A program made the position numbers and the translations under genes. Positions 23,872-33,607 of a DNA stretch of 42,413 bases are shown piece after piece (position 1 is the first letter of the stretch; every line of letters starts with the position of its first letter). The notes below the pieces were generated by a model. That model saw only the letters and a list, made by a program, of their open reading frames with translations, did no database searches and was not told where the DNA came from. The stretch comes from an uncultured Candidatus Saccharibacteria bacterium (lineage in GTDB: Bacteria; Patescibacteriota; Dojkabacteria; SC72), in the NCBI GenBank assembly GCA_964556955.1, contig CAZKXP010000001.1, positions 1 through 42,413 of the forward strand. Direction: 5' to 3'.

Positions 23872-25323
23872 ATGAAAACTGCTTTTAAGAAAATTATCCC
23901 TTGGGCTATCCTTGTTTTACTAATTGGAGGCTTGGTAATTTGGTATTTCGTTTCCAATCGTGTGACTAGTGAGGAGAATGCTAGCTACAATACCAAAATA
24001 GCTGAAGCAAAAAAGTGGCATGAAGGAAAAGAGTACTCCACAGCGATGATAACGTATTACGAAGCAGTAGAGCAAATCCCTTCAAGAATCGAAGCATTTG
24101 AAGGCATTTTACAGATCTTAATAGAGAAGGGGAAAATAGATGATGCTCTGTCAATTCTTGATAACTCTGCTCAGAAATTAACAATATATGACCAAGGTAC
24201 TCTCTATGCATTGTTGTGTGAGGAGTATATGGCTCTCAACGAAAATGGCAAAGCATTAGAAACTTGCAAAAAGGGGCAGGGATTAGGAGAGGCAAATCAG
24301 AATCTAGAGCTTGCATTGGGCAAAGCATACTTGAAAAAGAATGATATTGGGAATGCATCGGAACTTTTCAAAAAGAATTTGTTTGATGGTGATAGCTTGT
24401 CAGAAGCAAAACTCCTATTGTCATATATTCTTGCTACATATGATGTAGAGAATGCTAAATCTACACTTGGTAGTGTATCTCCTTCTGAAAAATGGTCAGT
24501 GTACTACGAAGAATTCAGTAGTGTGCTGGGCTCTCTAGACTCAGATACTAAGTACAATGCTACCAAACTTTCGAGAGTATATATTAATAGTGGATACCCA
24601 ACCCTTGCGATCTCCGTCCTAGAACCCATCAAGGATGAAATCGTAGAGTATTTAGAAGGAGAATATTTCCTTGGGAGGGCTTACTATGAAGTTGGGGAAT
24701 ATGATAAAGCCATTGAGGAGCTGAACAAAGCTGTAACCTTGGGAGGTATGGAAGAAGATATCTTTTGGGTTGAGGCTAGAGCATATATTAAGAAAAGTGA
24801 TCTAAGCAGTGCTTTGGAGTGTTATGAAAAAGCTTTGGGATATATGGGAAGTACACCCAATCAGGATTTTCTTTCGGAATATCTAGATCTGCTTTTAGAA
24901 AACAATCAAACTCTTGAGGCAGATGAAGTGTTACAAATCGTATTGGCCAAAACAAAAGAGATCTATCTCTATGAATATGGTATCCGCATAAACTATGTGT
25001 TGCAAAAAACTGAGAAAATTAACTATTACATAGCAGAACTTGGGAAATTAGCTTTGGATGATTCTACAAAGAAGAGTTATCTTTACTACAAAGTCTTAGC
25101 AATGTTAGACCAAAATGCCGATCTAGGTGAGACAGAAACTATTTTAGATGAGCTATTGGCTTTAGATAGATTTAACCCCAAGTACTACTATTTACTTGGA
25201 AGGATCGAGTTTGAACAAGGGAATTCTGATGCTTCAACAGAAGCTCTGAAAAAGTCTATTGAATACGATTTAGAATATTCAATTACAGAAGATGCCACGA
25301 GGCTGTTGTCTAATATCAAATAG
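23872..25323 (+). CDS. Membrane-anchored tetratricopeptide (TPR) repeat protein
   Basis: 483 aa. Anchor IIPWAILVLLIGGLVIWYFV. Repeated TPR-like units (e.g. YFLGRAYYEVGEYDKAIEELNKAV, YYLLGRIEFEQGNSDASTEALKKSIEYD). Confidence 0.8.
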   Translation: MKTAFKKIIPWAILVLLIGGLVIWYFVSNRVTSEENASYNTKIAEAKKWHEGKEYSTAMITYYEAVEQIPSRIEAFEGILQILIEKGKIDDALSILDNSAQKLTIYDQGTLYALLCEEYMALNENGKALETCKKGQGLGEANQNLELALGKAYLKKNDIGNASELFKKNLFDGDSLSEAKLLLSYILATYDVENAKSTLGSVSPSEKWSVYYEEFSSVLGSLDSDTKYNATKLSRVYINSGYPTLAISVLEPIKDEIVEYLEGEYFLGRAYYEVGEYDKAIEELNKAVTLGGMEEDIFWVEARAYIKKSDLSSALECYEKALGYMGSTPNQDFLSEYLDLLLENNQTLEADEVLQIVLAKTKEIYLYEYGIRINYVLQKTEKINYYIAELGKLALDDSTKKSYLYYKVLAMLDQNADLGETETILDELLALDRFNPKYYYLLGRIEFEQGNSDASTEALKKSIEYDLEYSITEDATRLLSNIK

Positions 25324-25335
25324 TTCTGATATAAT
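25306..25335 (+). promoter_or_regulatory. Candidate promoter for fusA (extended -10)
   Basis: TTGTCT (25306..25311), 18-nt spacer, TGATATAAT with TATAAT at 25330..25335. The -35 lies in the 3-prime end of the TPR gene. Confidence 0.4.
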
Positions 25336-25394
25336 CGCAACGGCGAGAGTGTAAACTTTCCTTTTTGTGGGTGTTAACTTTTACAAACAATTTT

Positions 25395-27497
25395 ATGGAC
25401 AAAACTACATATAATATCAAAATGCCAATGGAACAAATCCGAAATATCGGAATCATTGCGCATATCGATGCAGGTAAAACTACTACTACAGAAAGGCTTT
25501 TGTATTTTACAGGACAGGTTCACAAAATTGGAGAAGTACACGATGGTGCAGCAACTACTGACTTCATGGTACAAGAACAGGAAAGAGGAATCACAATCAT
25601 GTCCGCAGCAGTTACATGTTTTTGGGATTACGACAACAAGAGACACAGAATCAATATCATCGATACACCAGGTCATGTAGATTTCACAGCAGAGGTTGAG
25701 AGATCACTTCGTGTGTTGGATGGTGCAGCTGTAATCTTTGATGGAAGAAAAGGCGTCGAATCACAATCCGAGACAGTCTGGAGACAGGCAAACAAGTACA
25801 AAGTCCCAAGAATCTGTTTTATGAACAAGATCAATTTGATTGGTGGAGACTTTGAACATAGTTTCCAAACAATCAAGGACAGATTGAGTCCAAAGGCAGT
25901 TGCAGTAACATTACCAATTGGTAAAGAGCAAGAACTTCATGGCTATGTAGATTTGGTAAAGATGAAAGCATACACATATGATGGTGTGGATAATCCTGAA
26001 TTGAAAGAAATTCCAATCCCAGAAGATCTCATGGATAAAGTAAATAAAAGAAGGGAAATTCTGGTTGAAGCACTAGCAGAGCAGGATGATGACCTAATGG
26101 CAAAATTCTTTGATGGACAGGAGTTAACTACAGAGGAACTCTACGCTGCTCTTAGAAGGGGTACTTTGAATATGAACCTATTCCCAGTATTAGGCGGAGA
26201 CTCAAGAACAGCTATGGCCAAAACTCTGTTGGATTACATCACGATATGTCTACCATCTCCTGTGGATGTACCTCCTTTTAAGGGAATACATCCTAAGACT
26301 GGTGAGGAGATCGAGATGCAACCAGATGAAAATGCACCATTCTCTTCTTTAGTTTTTAAAATTGTCAATGATCCGCATATCGGTAACCTATCATACTTCA
26401 GAGTATATTCGGGAAAGATTGATGCAGGGTCGTATGTATTGAACTCTACGAAGAATATCAAGGAGAGAGTAAGTAGATTGGTGTTAATGCATGCAGATGA
26501 TAGAGAGGATGTAACTTCCTTGAGAGCAGGTGATATCGGAGCAATAGTAGGTTTGAAAGATTCCATAACTGGAGATACTCTTTGTGATGAGTCCAAACCA
26601 GTAATTCTCGAAAAGATTGAGTTCGCAGAACCAGTTGTTTCTGAAGCTATTGAACCTGCGACCAAATCAGATGAAGAGAAGATGACAGATGCTTTGACAA
26701 GATTGGTTAAGGAAGATCCTACATTTAGAGTAAACACAAATCAGGAAACCGGACAAACCATTATCTCTGGTATGGGTGAGCTTCATTTGGAGATTATGGT
26801 TGATAGATTAAAGAGAGAATTCAATGTTGTTGCCAATGTGGGTAAGCCACAGGTCGCATACAGAGAAACTATTAGAAGAAATGTAGAGCAAGCAGAAGGC
26901 AAATATATCAAGCAGTCTGGTGGTAAAGGTCAGTATGGTCATTGTTGGTTGAAGCTTGAGCCAAATGAAGCAGGCAAAGGTTTCGAGTTTAATAGTGAGA
27001 TTAAGGGTGGCTCTATTCCTAGGGAATATATTGCTCCTATCCAGAAAGGTGTAGAAGAAGCTATGAAATCTGGTGTGGTCGCTGGATATCCAGTAGTAGA
27101 CATCAAAGTCACAGTATATGATGGTTCTTACCATGAAGTAGACTCTTCGGAGTCTGCGTTTAAAATAGCTGGATCTATGGCATTTAAGAATGGTTGTAAG
27201 TTAGGAGATCCTGTGTTGCTTGAGCCTGTTATGAAGGTTGAGGTAGAAACGCCGGATCAATACATGGGAGATGTCACAGGTTCTCTAAGTAGTAAGAGAG
27301 GTCAGATTCAAGGTTCTGAGAGTATCGGAAATGGTATGTCAAGGATAGATGCAATAGTACCGCTTTCTGAGCTTTTTGGTTATACCAATGAGCTTAGATC
27401 GATAACTAGTGGTAGAGGCAGTGCAAATATGGAGCCATCACACTATGCTGAGGTTCCAAAGAATGTTGCAGAGGAAATTGCAGGGAAGGGGAAGTAA
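25395..27497 (+). CDS. fusA: Elongation factor G
   Basis: 700 aa from the first ATG (the listed ORF starts at a TTG at 25365). [42 protein letters not shown]4 reads NKIN (25824..25835) instead of NKxD. Confidence 0.93.
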   Translation: MDKTTYNIKMPMEQIRNIGIIAHIDAGKTTTTERLLYFTGQVHKIGEVHDGAATTDFMVQEQERGITIMSAAVTCFWDYDNKRHRINIIDTPGHVDFTAEVERSLRVLDGAAVIFDGRKGVESQSETVWRQANKYKVPRICFMNKINLIGGDFEHSFQTIKDRLSPKAVAVTLPIGKEQELHGYVDLVKMKAYTYDGVDNPELKEIPIPEDLMDKVNKRREILVEALAEQDDDLMAKFFDGQELTTEELYAALRRGTLNMNLFPVLGGDSRTAMAKTLLDYITICLPSPVDVPPFKGIHPKTGEEIEMQPDENAPFSSLVFKIVNDPHIGNLSYFRVYSGKIDAGSYVLNSTKNIKERVSRLVLMHADDREDVTSLRAGDIGAIVGLKDSITGDTLCDESKPVILEKIEFAEPVVSEAIEPATKSDEEKMTDALTRLVKEDPTFRVNTNQETGQTIISGMGELHLEIMVDRLKREFNVVANVGKPQVAYRETIRRNVEQAEGKYIKQSGGKGQYGHCWLKLEPNEAGKGFEFNSEIKGGSIPREYIAPIQKGVEEAMKSGVVAGYPVVDIKVTVYDGSYHEVDSSESAFKIAGSMAFKNGCKLGDPVLLEPVMKVEVETPDQYMGDVTGSLSSKRGQIQGSESIGNGMSRIDAIVPLSELFGYTNELRSITSGRGSANMEPSHYAEVPKNVAEEIAGKGK

Positions 27498-27543
27498 CCT
27501 TCTTGGGAGATGGTAAATGTTGTGTTAAATTACTACAAACCAC

Positions 27544-27572
27544 TTGCAACTCGGCTTACTTTTTGATAATAT
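27544..27572 (+). promoter_or_regulatory. Candidate promoter for tuf (extended -10)
   Basis: TTGCAA (27544..27549), 17-nt spacer, TGA + TAATAT (27567..27572). Confidence 0.45.
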
Positions 27573-27582
27573 CCATTGCAGG

Positions 27583-27600
27583 TTTGCGAAATCTCGCAAA
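27583..27600 (+). other. Perfect 7-bp hairpin in the putative tuf leader
   Basis: TTTGCGA-AATC-TCGCAAA, about 11 nt downstream of the candidate -10. Function unknown. Confidence 0.3.
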
Positions 27601-27645
27601 TGTGTATATTAGAATTAATATATTTAATTTATTAACAATATATAA

Positions 27646-28818
27646 ATGGCAGAGTTTAACAGAACAAAACCACACATGAATATCGGTACAATTGGTCATG
27701 TCGATCACGGAAAGACCACATTGGTAAGAGGTATTCTCAATGCATTCTACCCAGAAGCAGATAGGGCAAGGATGGTTGATAAGCTTGATAAAGATCCTAA
27801 TTCTAGAGCAAAATCTATTACTATTTCTGTAGCACACGTTGAGTTTGAGACAGATACCAGGCACTATGCATTGGTAGATTGCCCAGGACATAAGGACTAT
27901 ATCAAGAATATGATCACAGGCGCTGCACAAATGGATGGTGCAATCTTGGTTATATCTTCTAACGATGGTGCTATGCCTCAGACCAAAGAGCACTTACTAC
28001 TTGCAAAGCAGGTTGGTGTTCCTAAGATTGTTGTTTTCATCAACAAATTTGGTGAAGCAGACGAAGAGATTCTTGAACTTATCAAAGCAGACATTCAAGA
28101 TGCATTGAAGAAATATGGATTTGATGAGAATGCTCCAATCGTTGTTGGTGATGCATTGAAAGCACAAAACGGTGATGAGGAAGGTCTTGCAGCAGCTAGG
28201 GAATTAATCAAAGCTGTTGATGAATATATCCCAATGCCAGAGAGAGATGTTGATAAGCCATTCTTACTACCTATTGAAGATGTCTTCTCAATCGAAGGTA
28301 GAGGTACAGTTGTAACCGGAAGAGTTGAAAGAGGAAAGTTGACATTAGGTCAGGATGTTGAAGTATTGGGTATGGGAAAGAAACCTATCAAGACAGCAGC
28401 TACAGGAATCGAAATGTTCAACAAGAGCATGAAAGAGTGTGAAGCTGGAGATAATGTTGGTGTATTGTTAAGAGGATTGAAGAGAGATGATGTAGAAAGA
28501 GGTCAGGTAGTTGCAGTTGCAGGTTCTGTAGAAATGCATACTGATTTCAAGGCAGAGGTCTATGTATTGAGTAAAGAAGAAGGTGGAAGACACACTCCAT
28601 TTGTATCTGGATACAAACCTCAGTTCTATGTAAGAACAGCTGATGTAACAGGTGAAGTTGTATTGCCAGAAGGTGTAGAAATGGTAGCACCAGGTGATCA
28701 CACTGAGTTTACTGTAAAGTTGGGATCTTCAGTAGTTGTCGAGAAAGGATTAACATTCGCTATCCGTGAGGGTGGACAGACTGTTGGTCAAGGTATCGTA
28801 ACTGAGATCTTAAAGTAA
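27646..28818 (+). CDS. tuf: Elongation factor Tu
   Basis: 390 aa. [49 protein letters not shown]4 reads NKFG (28042..28053) and G5 reads GDAL. Confidence 0.95.
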   Translation: MAEFNRTKPHMNIGTIGHVDHGKTTLVRGILNAFYPEADRARMVDKLDKDPNSRAKSITISVAHVEFETDTRHYALVDCPGHKDYIKNMITGAAQMDGAILVISSNDGAMPQTKEHLLLAKQVGVPKIVVFINKFGEADEEILELIKADIQDALKKYGFDENAPIVVGDALKAQNGDEEGLAAARELIKAVDEYIPMPERDVDKPFLLPIEDVFSIEGRGTVVTGRVERGKLTLGQDVEVLGMGKKPIKTAATGIEMFNKSMKECEAGDNVGVLLRGLKRDDVERGQVVAVAGSVEMHTDFKAEVYVLSKEEGGRHTPFVSGYKPQFYVRTADVTGEVVLPEGVEMVAPGDHTEFTVKLGSSVVVEKGLTFAIREGGQTVGQGIVTEILK

Positions 28819-28827
28819 GAAAGAAAA

Positions 28828-28860
28828 GGGGAGGGGCGTTGCCTCTCCCCTGTATTATTT
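28828..28860 (+). terminator. GC-rich hairpin between tuf and rpsJ (terminator or S10-leader attenuator)
   Basis: GGGGAGGGGC (28828..28837), loop GTT, GCCTCTCCCC (28841..28850). 10-bp stem with one G-U pair, followed by a T-rich but interrupted tract TGTATTATTT. Confidence 0.5.
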
Positions 28861-28883
28861 AATTAATTTAGCTCTTTTAAATA

Positions 28884-29192
28884 ATGGCTAATACTGCAAA
28901 AATCAGAGTAAAGTTGAAGGGATATGATTCGATAGTAGTTGATAAGTCTGCAAAAAGTATTATAGAGACAGCAATAAGCACAGGTGCTAAAGTTGCGGGT
29001 CCAATACCTATGCCGACTAGAAAAAGAAAGATCGCAGTAAATAGGTCGCCATTTATTTACAAGAGCTCAATTGAACATTTTGAGATTAATACGCATAAAA
29101 GAGTAATAGATATCATTGATCCTACTCCAAAGACTATAGATGCATTACAACATCTTCAAATGCCTGCTGGAGTTGGTGTCGAGATACAATAA
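28884..29192 (+). CDS. rpsJ: 30S ribosomal protein S10
   Basis: 102 aa, IRVKLKGYD start. First gene of an S10-operon order. Confidence 0.95.
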   Translation: MANTAKIRVKLKGYDSIVVDKSAKSIIETAISTGAKVAGPIPMPTRKRKIAVNRSPFIYKSSIEHFEINTHKRVIDIIDPTPKTIDALQHLQMPAGVGVEIQ

Positions 29193-29202
29193 TTAAAAAA
29201 CT

Positions 29203-29793
29203 ATGAAAGCATTAATAGGAATAAAAAAAGGAATGACAAGAGTGGTCAACAAGGAAGGGAAGATGGTTCCTGTAACAGTTGTTGATGTTAATGGCTGCAT
29301 GCTTTCATTTAAAGAACCTATGGGTTTTGAGTTGGGACTGGGAGAGAAAAGGAAAGCAAACAAAGCTTTGGCAGGTAAGTATAAAGAGGCGAAGAAAGTT
29401 CCTTCTATGAGAAAATATTTCAGAGGTGAACTAGCAGTAGAGAATGTGAATATCGGGGATGAGGTTAAGTCTGAAATCTTCGTAGCAGGAGACAAAGTGG
29501 AAGTTACAGGTATTTCAAAAGGGAAAGGATTCGCAGGAGTTGTAAAAAGATGGGGTTTTGCGGGTGGGCCAAGAACGCATGGTCAGTCTGATAGATTAAG
29601 AGCCCCTGGCTCTATAGGTGCTGGTACAGATCCTGGTAGAGTATTGAAAGGTAAAAGAATGGGTGGAAGAATGGGACAAGAGACAGTTACATTAAAAAAC
29701 AAAGAGATAGTTGATATTAAAGATTCTTACCTTTTAATCTCTGGACCATTACCAGGTTCAGAGGGAGATTTAGTAGCAATATTAAGTAGATAA
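29203..29793 (+). CDS. rplC: 50S ribosomal protein L3
   Basis: 196 aa. GKGFAGVVKRWGFAGGPRTHGQSDRLRAPGSIG motif. Confidence 0.95.
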   Translation: MKALIGIKKGMTRVVNKEGKMVPVTVVDVNGCMLSFKEPMGFELGLGEKRKANKALAGKYKEAKKVPSMRKYFRGELAVENVNIGDEVKSEIFVAGDKVEVTGISKGKGFAGVVKRWGFAGGPRTHGQSDRLRAPGSIGAGTDPGRVLKGKRMGGRMGQETVTLKNKEIVDIKDSYLLISGPLPGSEGDLVAILSR

Positions 29794-29795
29794 CT

Positions 29796-30395
29796 ATGGA
29801 AGAGAAAGTAAAAAAAACTACAACCAAAGAAACAGAGATAAAACTAAACAAGAATGTTTGGGAATTGCCATTTAATGCAGATTTAGTAGCACAGGTTCTT
29901 TATGTGTACATGAACAACGAAAGAACAGGCACTTCTAATGCTAAAACAAGAGGTGATGTAAGTGGAGGAGGAAGAAAGCCATGGAAACAGAAGGGTACAG
30001 GAAGAGCAAGATCTGGTTCAATTAGATCTCCATTGTGGGTAGGTGGTGGTGTTACATTTGTTCCTAGAGGTAAAAACTGGAAGAAAAGTGTTAACAAACA
30101 GATGGCAAGGAAAGCAACCTGCATTATGCTCTCTGAGAGGTTGAGAAAAGAAGAATTGAGTTTTGTAAATATGCCAAAATCTGATGCCAGAAAGAATATG
30201 GAGAAACAGATAGGGAAGAAAGCTTTGGTTGTCTCTGCAAATGTAGATGTGAAGATGAGTTTGAAAAATGTCAAAATCGTAGATGTTGTGGACCCTACAA
30301 GGTTAAATGTTAAGCATCTTGCTAATACTAAGAATGTTTTAGTTGATCAAGAAGCTGTTAAGATACTTGAGGAAAGATTAACAAATGGAAAATAA
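29796..30395 (+). CDS. rplD: 50S ribosomal protein L4
   Basis: 199 aa. GGGRKPWKQKGTGRARSGSIRSPLWVGGG motif. Confidence 0.95.
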   Translation: MEEKVKKTTTKETEIKLNKNVWELPFNADLVAQVLYVYMNNERTGTSNAKTRGDVSGGGRKPWKQKGTGRARSGSIRSPLWVGGGVTFVPRGKNWKKSVNKQMARKATCIMLSERLRKEELSFVNMPKSDARKNMEKQIGKKALVVSANVDVKMSLKNVKIVDVVDPTRLNVKHLANTKNVLVDQEAVKILEERLTNGK

Positions 30396-30678
30396 AGAGA
30401 TTAAATTACAACCTGTTGTTTCTGAGAAAAGCTACAACCTAGCCAATGCTTCGAACAAGTATACTTTCTTGGTGACAAGAGGTTTTAACAAAATTGAAAT
30501 TGCGAAAGCAGTTGAAAAGAAATACAAAGTACATGTTGAAAAGGTAAATAGTGTTGTGAGACCTGGGCAGAAATATAGAAACTTTAAGACCAATCTCTTC
30601 TTTAGAAGATCAGATATGGTTAAGTTTGTAGTGACCCTTAAAAAGGGAGATAAAATTGATGAATTCTTAAATATATAG
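30385..30678 (+). CDS. rplW: 50S ribosomal protein L23
   Basis: 97 aa. Overlaps rplD by 11 nt. Position and SEKSYNLA..KYTFLV pattern fit L23. Confidence 0.9.
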   Translation: MENKEIKLQPVVSEKSYNLANASNKYTFLVTRGFNKIEIAKAVEKKYKVHVEKVNSVVRPGQKYRNFKTNLFFRRSDMVKFVVTLKKGDKIDEFLNI

Positions 30679-30680
30679 TC

Positions 30681-31532
30681 ATGGCAGTAAAATCATTTAA
30701 ACCAACAACTTCTACACTAAGAGGCACAAAACTAGGAGATAGATCTGGCTTAGAAAAGAGCAAGGGTCCAAGAAGCCTAACTATCGCTAAGAGGCAGAGG
30801 TCAGGTAGAAACAATCAAGGTAAGGTAACTGTAAGGCACAGGGGTGGAGGTTTCAAGAGAAGAGTTAGAATAATAGATTTTAAAAGAGATAAATATGGTG
30901 TGCCTGCTAAGGTTGAAGGTCTGTATTTTGATCCTAACAGAACAGCACATTTGGCACTTTTGCAGTATGCAGATGGGGAGAAGAGGTATATAATTGCTCC
31001 AAGAGGAATTAAAACAGGTGATACTTTGGTTTCTGGAGAGCAGGCAGATGTCCTTCCAGGTAATGCTATGAAGGTAAAAAATATTCCTTCTGGTACTGAG
31101 GTTCACTGTGTAGAAAGTGTTCCAGGTAAAGGTGCCGCATTTGGGAGAGCAGCTGGTCAGGTTATTGTCGTACAGGGTATTGATCCTACAGGTAAGTTTG
31201 TACAGATTAAAATGCCATCTGGAGAGATTCGATTGGTATATGCGGATTGTATGGCAACTATTGGGCAGGTAGGTAATGAAGATAAGGTAAATGTAAAACT
31301 TGGTAAGGCAGGAAGAAAAAGAAACTTAGGATGGAGGCCAACGGTGAGAGGAATGGCGATGCACGCAGTAGAGCATCCACATGGTGGTGGAGAAGGTAAG
31401 GGTGTGATTGGTGGTGCTGCTAAGGATATCTGGGGTAACAGAGTTGGTACTAGAACAAGAGATAATAAGAGAACCGAGAAGTTTATCATCAAGCGAAGAA
31501 GGACTAAGAATAGACCTTTCGCTAAGAAATAA
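30681..31532 (+). CDS. rplB: 50S ribosomal protein L2
   Basis: 283 aa. RHRGGGFKRR and HPHGGGEGKG motifs. Confidence 0.95.
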   Translation: MAVKSFKPTTSTLRGTKLGDRSGLEKSKGPRSLTIAKRQRSGRNNQGKVTVRHRGGGFKRRVRIIDFKRDKYGVPAKVEGLYFDPNRTAHLALLQYADGEKRYIIAPRGIKTGDTLVSGEQADVLPGNAMKVKNIPSGTEVHCVESVPGKGAAFGRAAGQVIVVQGIDPTGKFVQIKMPSGEIRLVYADCMATIGQVGNEDKVNVKLGKAGRKRNLGWRPTVRGMAMHAVEHPHGGGEGKGVIGGAAKDIWGNRVGTRTRDNKRTEKFIIKRRRTKNRPFAKK

Positions 31533-31549
31533 TTTTGAAATATTGAAAT

Positions 31550-31852
31550 ATGTCTAGATCATTAAAGAAAGGACCATATACAGACGAGAAATTGATGAAG
31601 AAGGTTGCTATGGCTAGAGAGACAGGTAAACTGTCTCCAATCAAGACATGGGCGAGAGCTTCTACTATTACACCAGAGATGGTTGGTATGAAGTTCTTGG
31701 TATACAACGGTAAAAAGCATGAGGAAGTATTGGTCTCGGAATCAATGATAGGACATAGATTGGGAGAATTTTCTCCTACAAGAAAATTTAAAGGTCACGC
31801 TAAGAAGGGTAAGCTCTCACAGGTTTACGGAAGTAGCGGTAGATTTGAATAA
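31550..31852 (+). CDS. rpsS: 30S ribosomal protein S19
   Basis: 100 aa. SLKKGPY and [16 protein letters not shown] motifs. Confidence 0.95.
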   Translation: MSRSLKKGPYTDEKLMKKVAMARETGKLSPIKTWARASTITPEMVGMKFLVYNGKKHEEVLVSESMIGHRLGEFSPTRKFKGHAKKGKLSQVYGSSGRFE

Positions 31853-31869
31853 TTAATAAATAGATAAAG

Positions 31870-32211
31870 ATGGAAGAGAAAATAGTAAAAGTAACAGTTA
31901 AAGATATAGCGCAGTCTCCAACCAAGTTGAGATTGGTAGCAGATGTAGTAAGAGGAATGAGAGCAGATAAAGCTTTAGATTCTTTGGCATTGGTTAACAA
32001 AAAAGGCACAGATTTTGTAAAGAAAGCAATCCAGACTGGAGTTGCTAACGCAAAAGATATACATAGTGTTGATAAAGATAGTTTGGTTGTAAAAACTATT
32101 TCTGTAGATGAAGCTCCCACCAGAAAATGGAGGAGATTCGGATCTAGAGGAAGAGTTTCTAGAATAAATAAAAGAAGATCACATCTTAATTTAGAATTAA
32201 AAGTTAAGTAA
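31870..32211 (+). CDS. rplV: 50S ribosomal protein L22
   Basis: 113 aa. SPTKLRLVADVVRGM pattern, operon position. Confidence 0.92.
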   Translation: MEEKIVKVTVKDIAQSPTKLRLVADVVRGMRADKALDSLALVNKKGTDFVKKAIQTGVANAKDIHSVDKDSLVVKTISVDEAPTRKWRRFGSRGRVSRINKRRSHLNLELKVK

Positions 32212-32213
32212 TC

Positions 32214-32861
32214 ATGGGAAGAAAGGTTAATGCAAACGCAATTAGAATGGGAATAAACAAAACATGGGATTCTGTTTGGTATGCAAGCAAGACTCAGTTC
32301 CCAAAGATATTTGCACAAGACCTAAAAATCGAAGAAAAGATAAGAACTGCAATGAAGGATTCTGGTGTAGATCAGGTAAAGATTCACAGATCTGCAAATA
32401 AGATTGAAGTTGTAGCAAATGTTGCAAGACCTGGTGTTGCTATCGGTAGAGGCGGAGAAGGTATTGATAAATTGCAAAAAGAACTAAAGAGAATGACCAA
32501 ATCGGATGTAGAAGTGAAAATTAGAGAGGTTAAAAAGGCTGATATGTCTGCAAGGATAATTGCAAGAACTATTGCGGAAGGTATTGAAAGAAGGCAACCA
32601 TCCAAGCTTTTAATGATGAGTGCAAAAGAGAAGGCAATGATGGCAGGTGCTAAGGGATTGAAAATATGGGTATCTGGGAGAATAAATGGTGCTAGCCAAG
32701 CGAGAACAGTGAAGGTAAGCGCAGGTTCTGTACCAGCACAGACCATGAAAGCAGATGTTGATTTTGCGATGGATACAGCTAAAACATTGGATGCGGGTTT
32801 GATGGGTATCAAGGTATGGATTTACAAGGGTAATAAATCTGAGATAACAGAAGAAGAATAA
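32214..32861 (+). CDS. rpsC: 30S ribosomal protein S3
   Basis: 215 aa. MGRKVNANAIRMGI start, KH-type core, GRINGA motif. Confidence 0.95.
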   Translation: MGRKVNANAIRMGINKTWDSVWYASKTQFPKIFAQDLKIEEKIRTAMKDSGVDQVKIHRSANKIEVVANVARPGVAIGRGGEGIDKLQKELKRMTKSDVEVKIREVKKADMSARIIARTIAEGIERRQPSKLLMMSAKEKAMMAGAKGLKIWVSGRINGASQARTVKVSAGSVPAQTMKADVDFAMDTAKTLDAGLMGIKVWIYKGNKSEITEEE

Positions 32862-32879
32862 TATATTTAATACATAACC

Positions 32880-33302
32880 ATGGGATTATACTTAGAACCA
32901 AAGAAAAGAAAATTTAGAAAAGAATTCAGAGGTAGAATGGGTGGTGTTGCAACCGCTAATAACAAACTTGCTTTTGGAGAGTACGGAATGAAAGCGATGG
33001 AGAATGGTTGGATTGCAGGAAGAGAAATAGAAGCTGCTAGAAAAGCAATTAACAATTATATGAAGCGAAAAGGTAAGGTATGGATTAAAATATTCCCTCA
33101 TAAACCTTTTACACACAAATCTGTCAACAGTAAGATGATTGGTGGTAAAGGAGCAGTTGAAGGATATGTAGCAGTTGTAGTACCAGGAACAATTCTTTTT
33201 GAAATCAGTGGTGTAGATGAAGCTACAGCTAAAGAAGCGATGAGACTTGGTGGACAGAAGTTATCAATGAAAACTAAGTTTATAGTAAAAGGCGGATTGT
33301 AG
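32880..33302 (+). CDS. rplP: 50S ribosomal protein L16
   Basis: 140 aa. PKKRKFRKEFRGR and MIGGKGAVEGYVAVVVPG motifs. Confidence 0.95.
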   Translation: MGLYLEPKKRKFRKEFRGRMGGVATANNKLAFGEYGMKAMENGWIAGREIEAARKAINNYMKRKGKVWIKIFPHKPFTHKSVNSKMIGGKGAVEGYVAVVVPGTILFEISGVDEATAKEAMRLGGQKLSMKTKFIVKGGL

Positions 33303-33354
33303 CTTGAGAATAAGCTAAATAATTGATAGAATACAAGCCGTTACAAGTAAAAAT

Positions 33355-33606
33355 ATGGAAAAAGAAACAGTAAAAACAAGTAAAAAAAGAGAATATACAG
33401 GAACAGTTGTTGGAAATAAAATGACTGGTACTGTACGTGTACAGATAGAAGAGGTATACAGACACGGAGAGTACGAGAAGGTAATGAAGAGAAATAGGAC
33501 ATTCTTTGCTCATACAAATGAGCCTTTAAATATTGGAGATGTTGTAACTATTAGAGAATGTAAACCTTTCTCTAAAAACGTAAATTGGGTTGTAGTAAGC
33601 AAATAA
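33355..33606 (+). CDS. rpsQ: 30S ribosomal protein S17
   Basis: 83 aa. [21 protein letters not shown]-type pattern. Follows rplP directly, with no rpmC between them. Confidence 0.92.
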   Translation: MEKETVKTSKKREYTGTVVGNKMTGTVRVQIEEVYRHGEYEKVMKRNRTFFAHTNEPLNIGDVVTIRECKPFSKNVNWVVVSK

Positions 33607-33607
33607 T

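Noticed and set aside
25365-25394. The TTG at 25365 as the fusA start; likewise 33936 for rplX and the TTG at 35527 for rplF
   Set aside because: These extensions add non-conserved residues. For rplX and rplF they also overlap the preceding gene. Internal ATGs at 25395, 33996 and 35539 give canonical N-termini. The ATG at 25422 remains a possible alternative for fusA.
27556-27993. A 145-aa minus-strand ORF spanning the tuf start
   Set aside because: It lies antisense to the highly conserved tuf N-terminus and its promoter region. Its composition is Cys/Ile-rich and low-complexity, typical of a shadow ORF.
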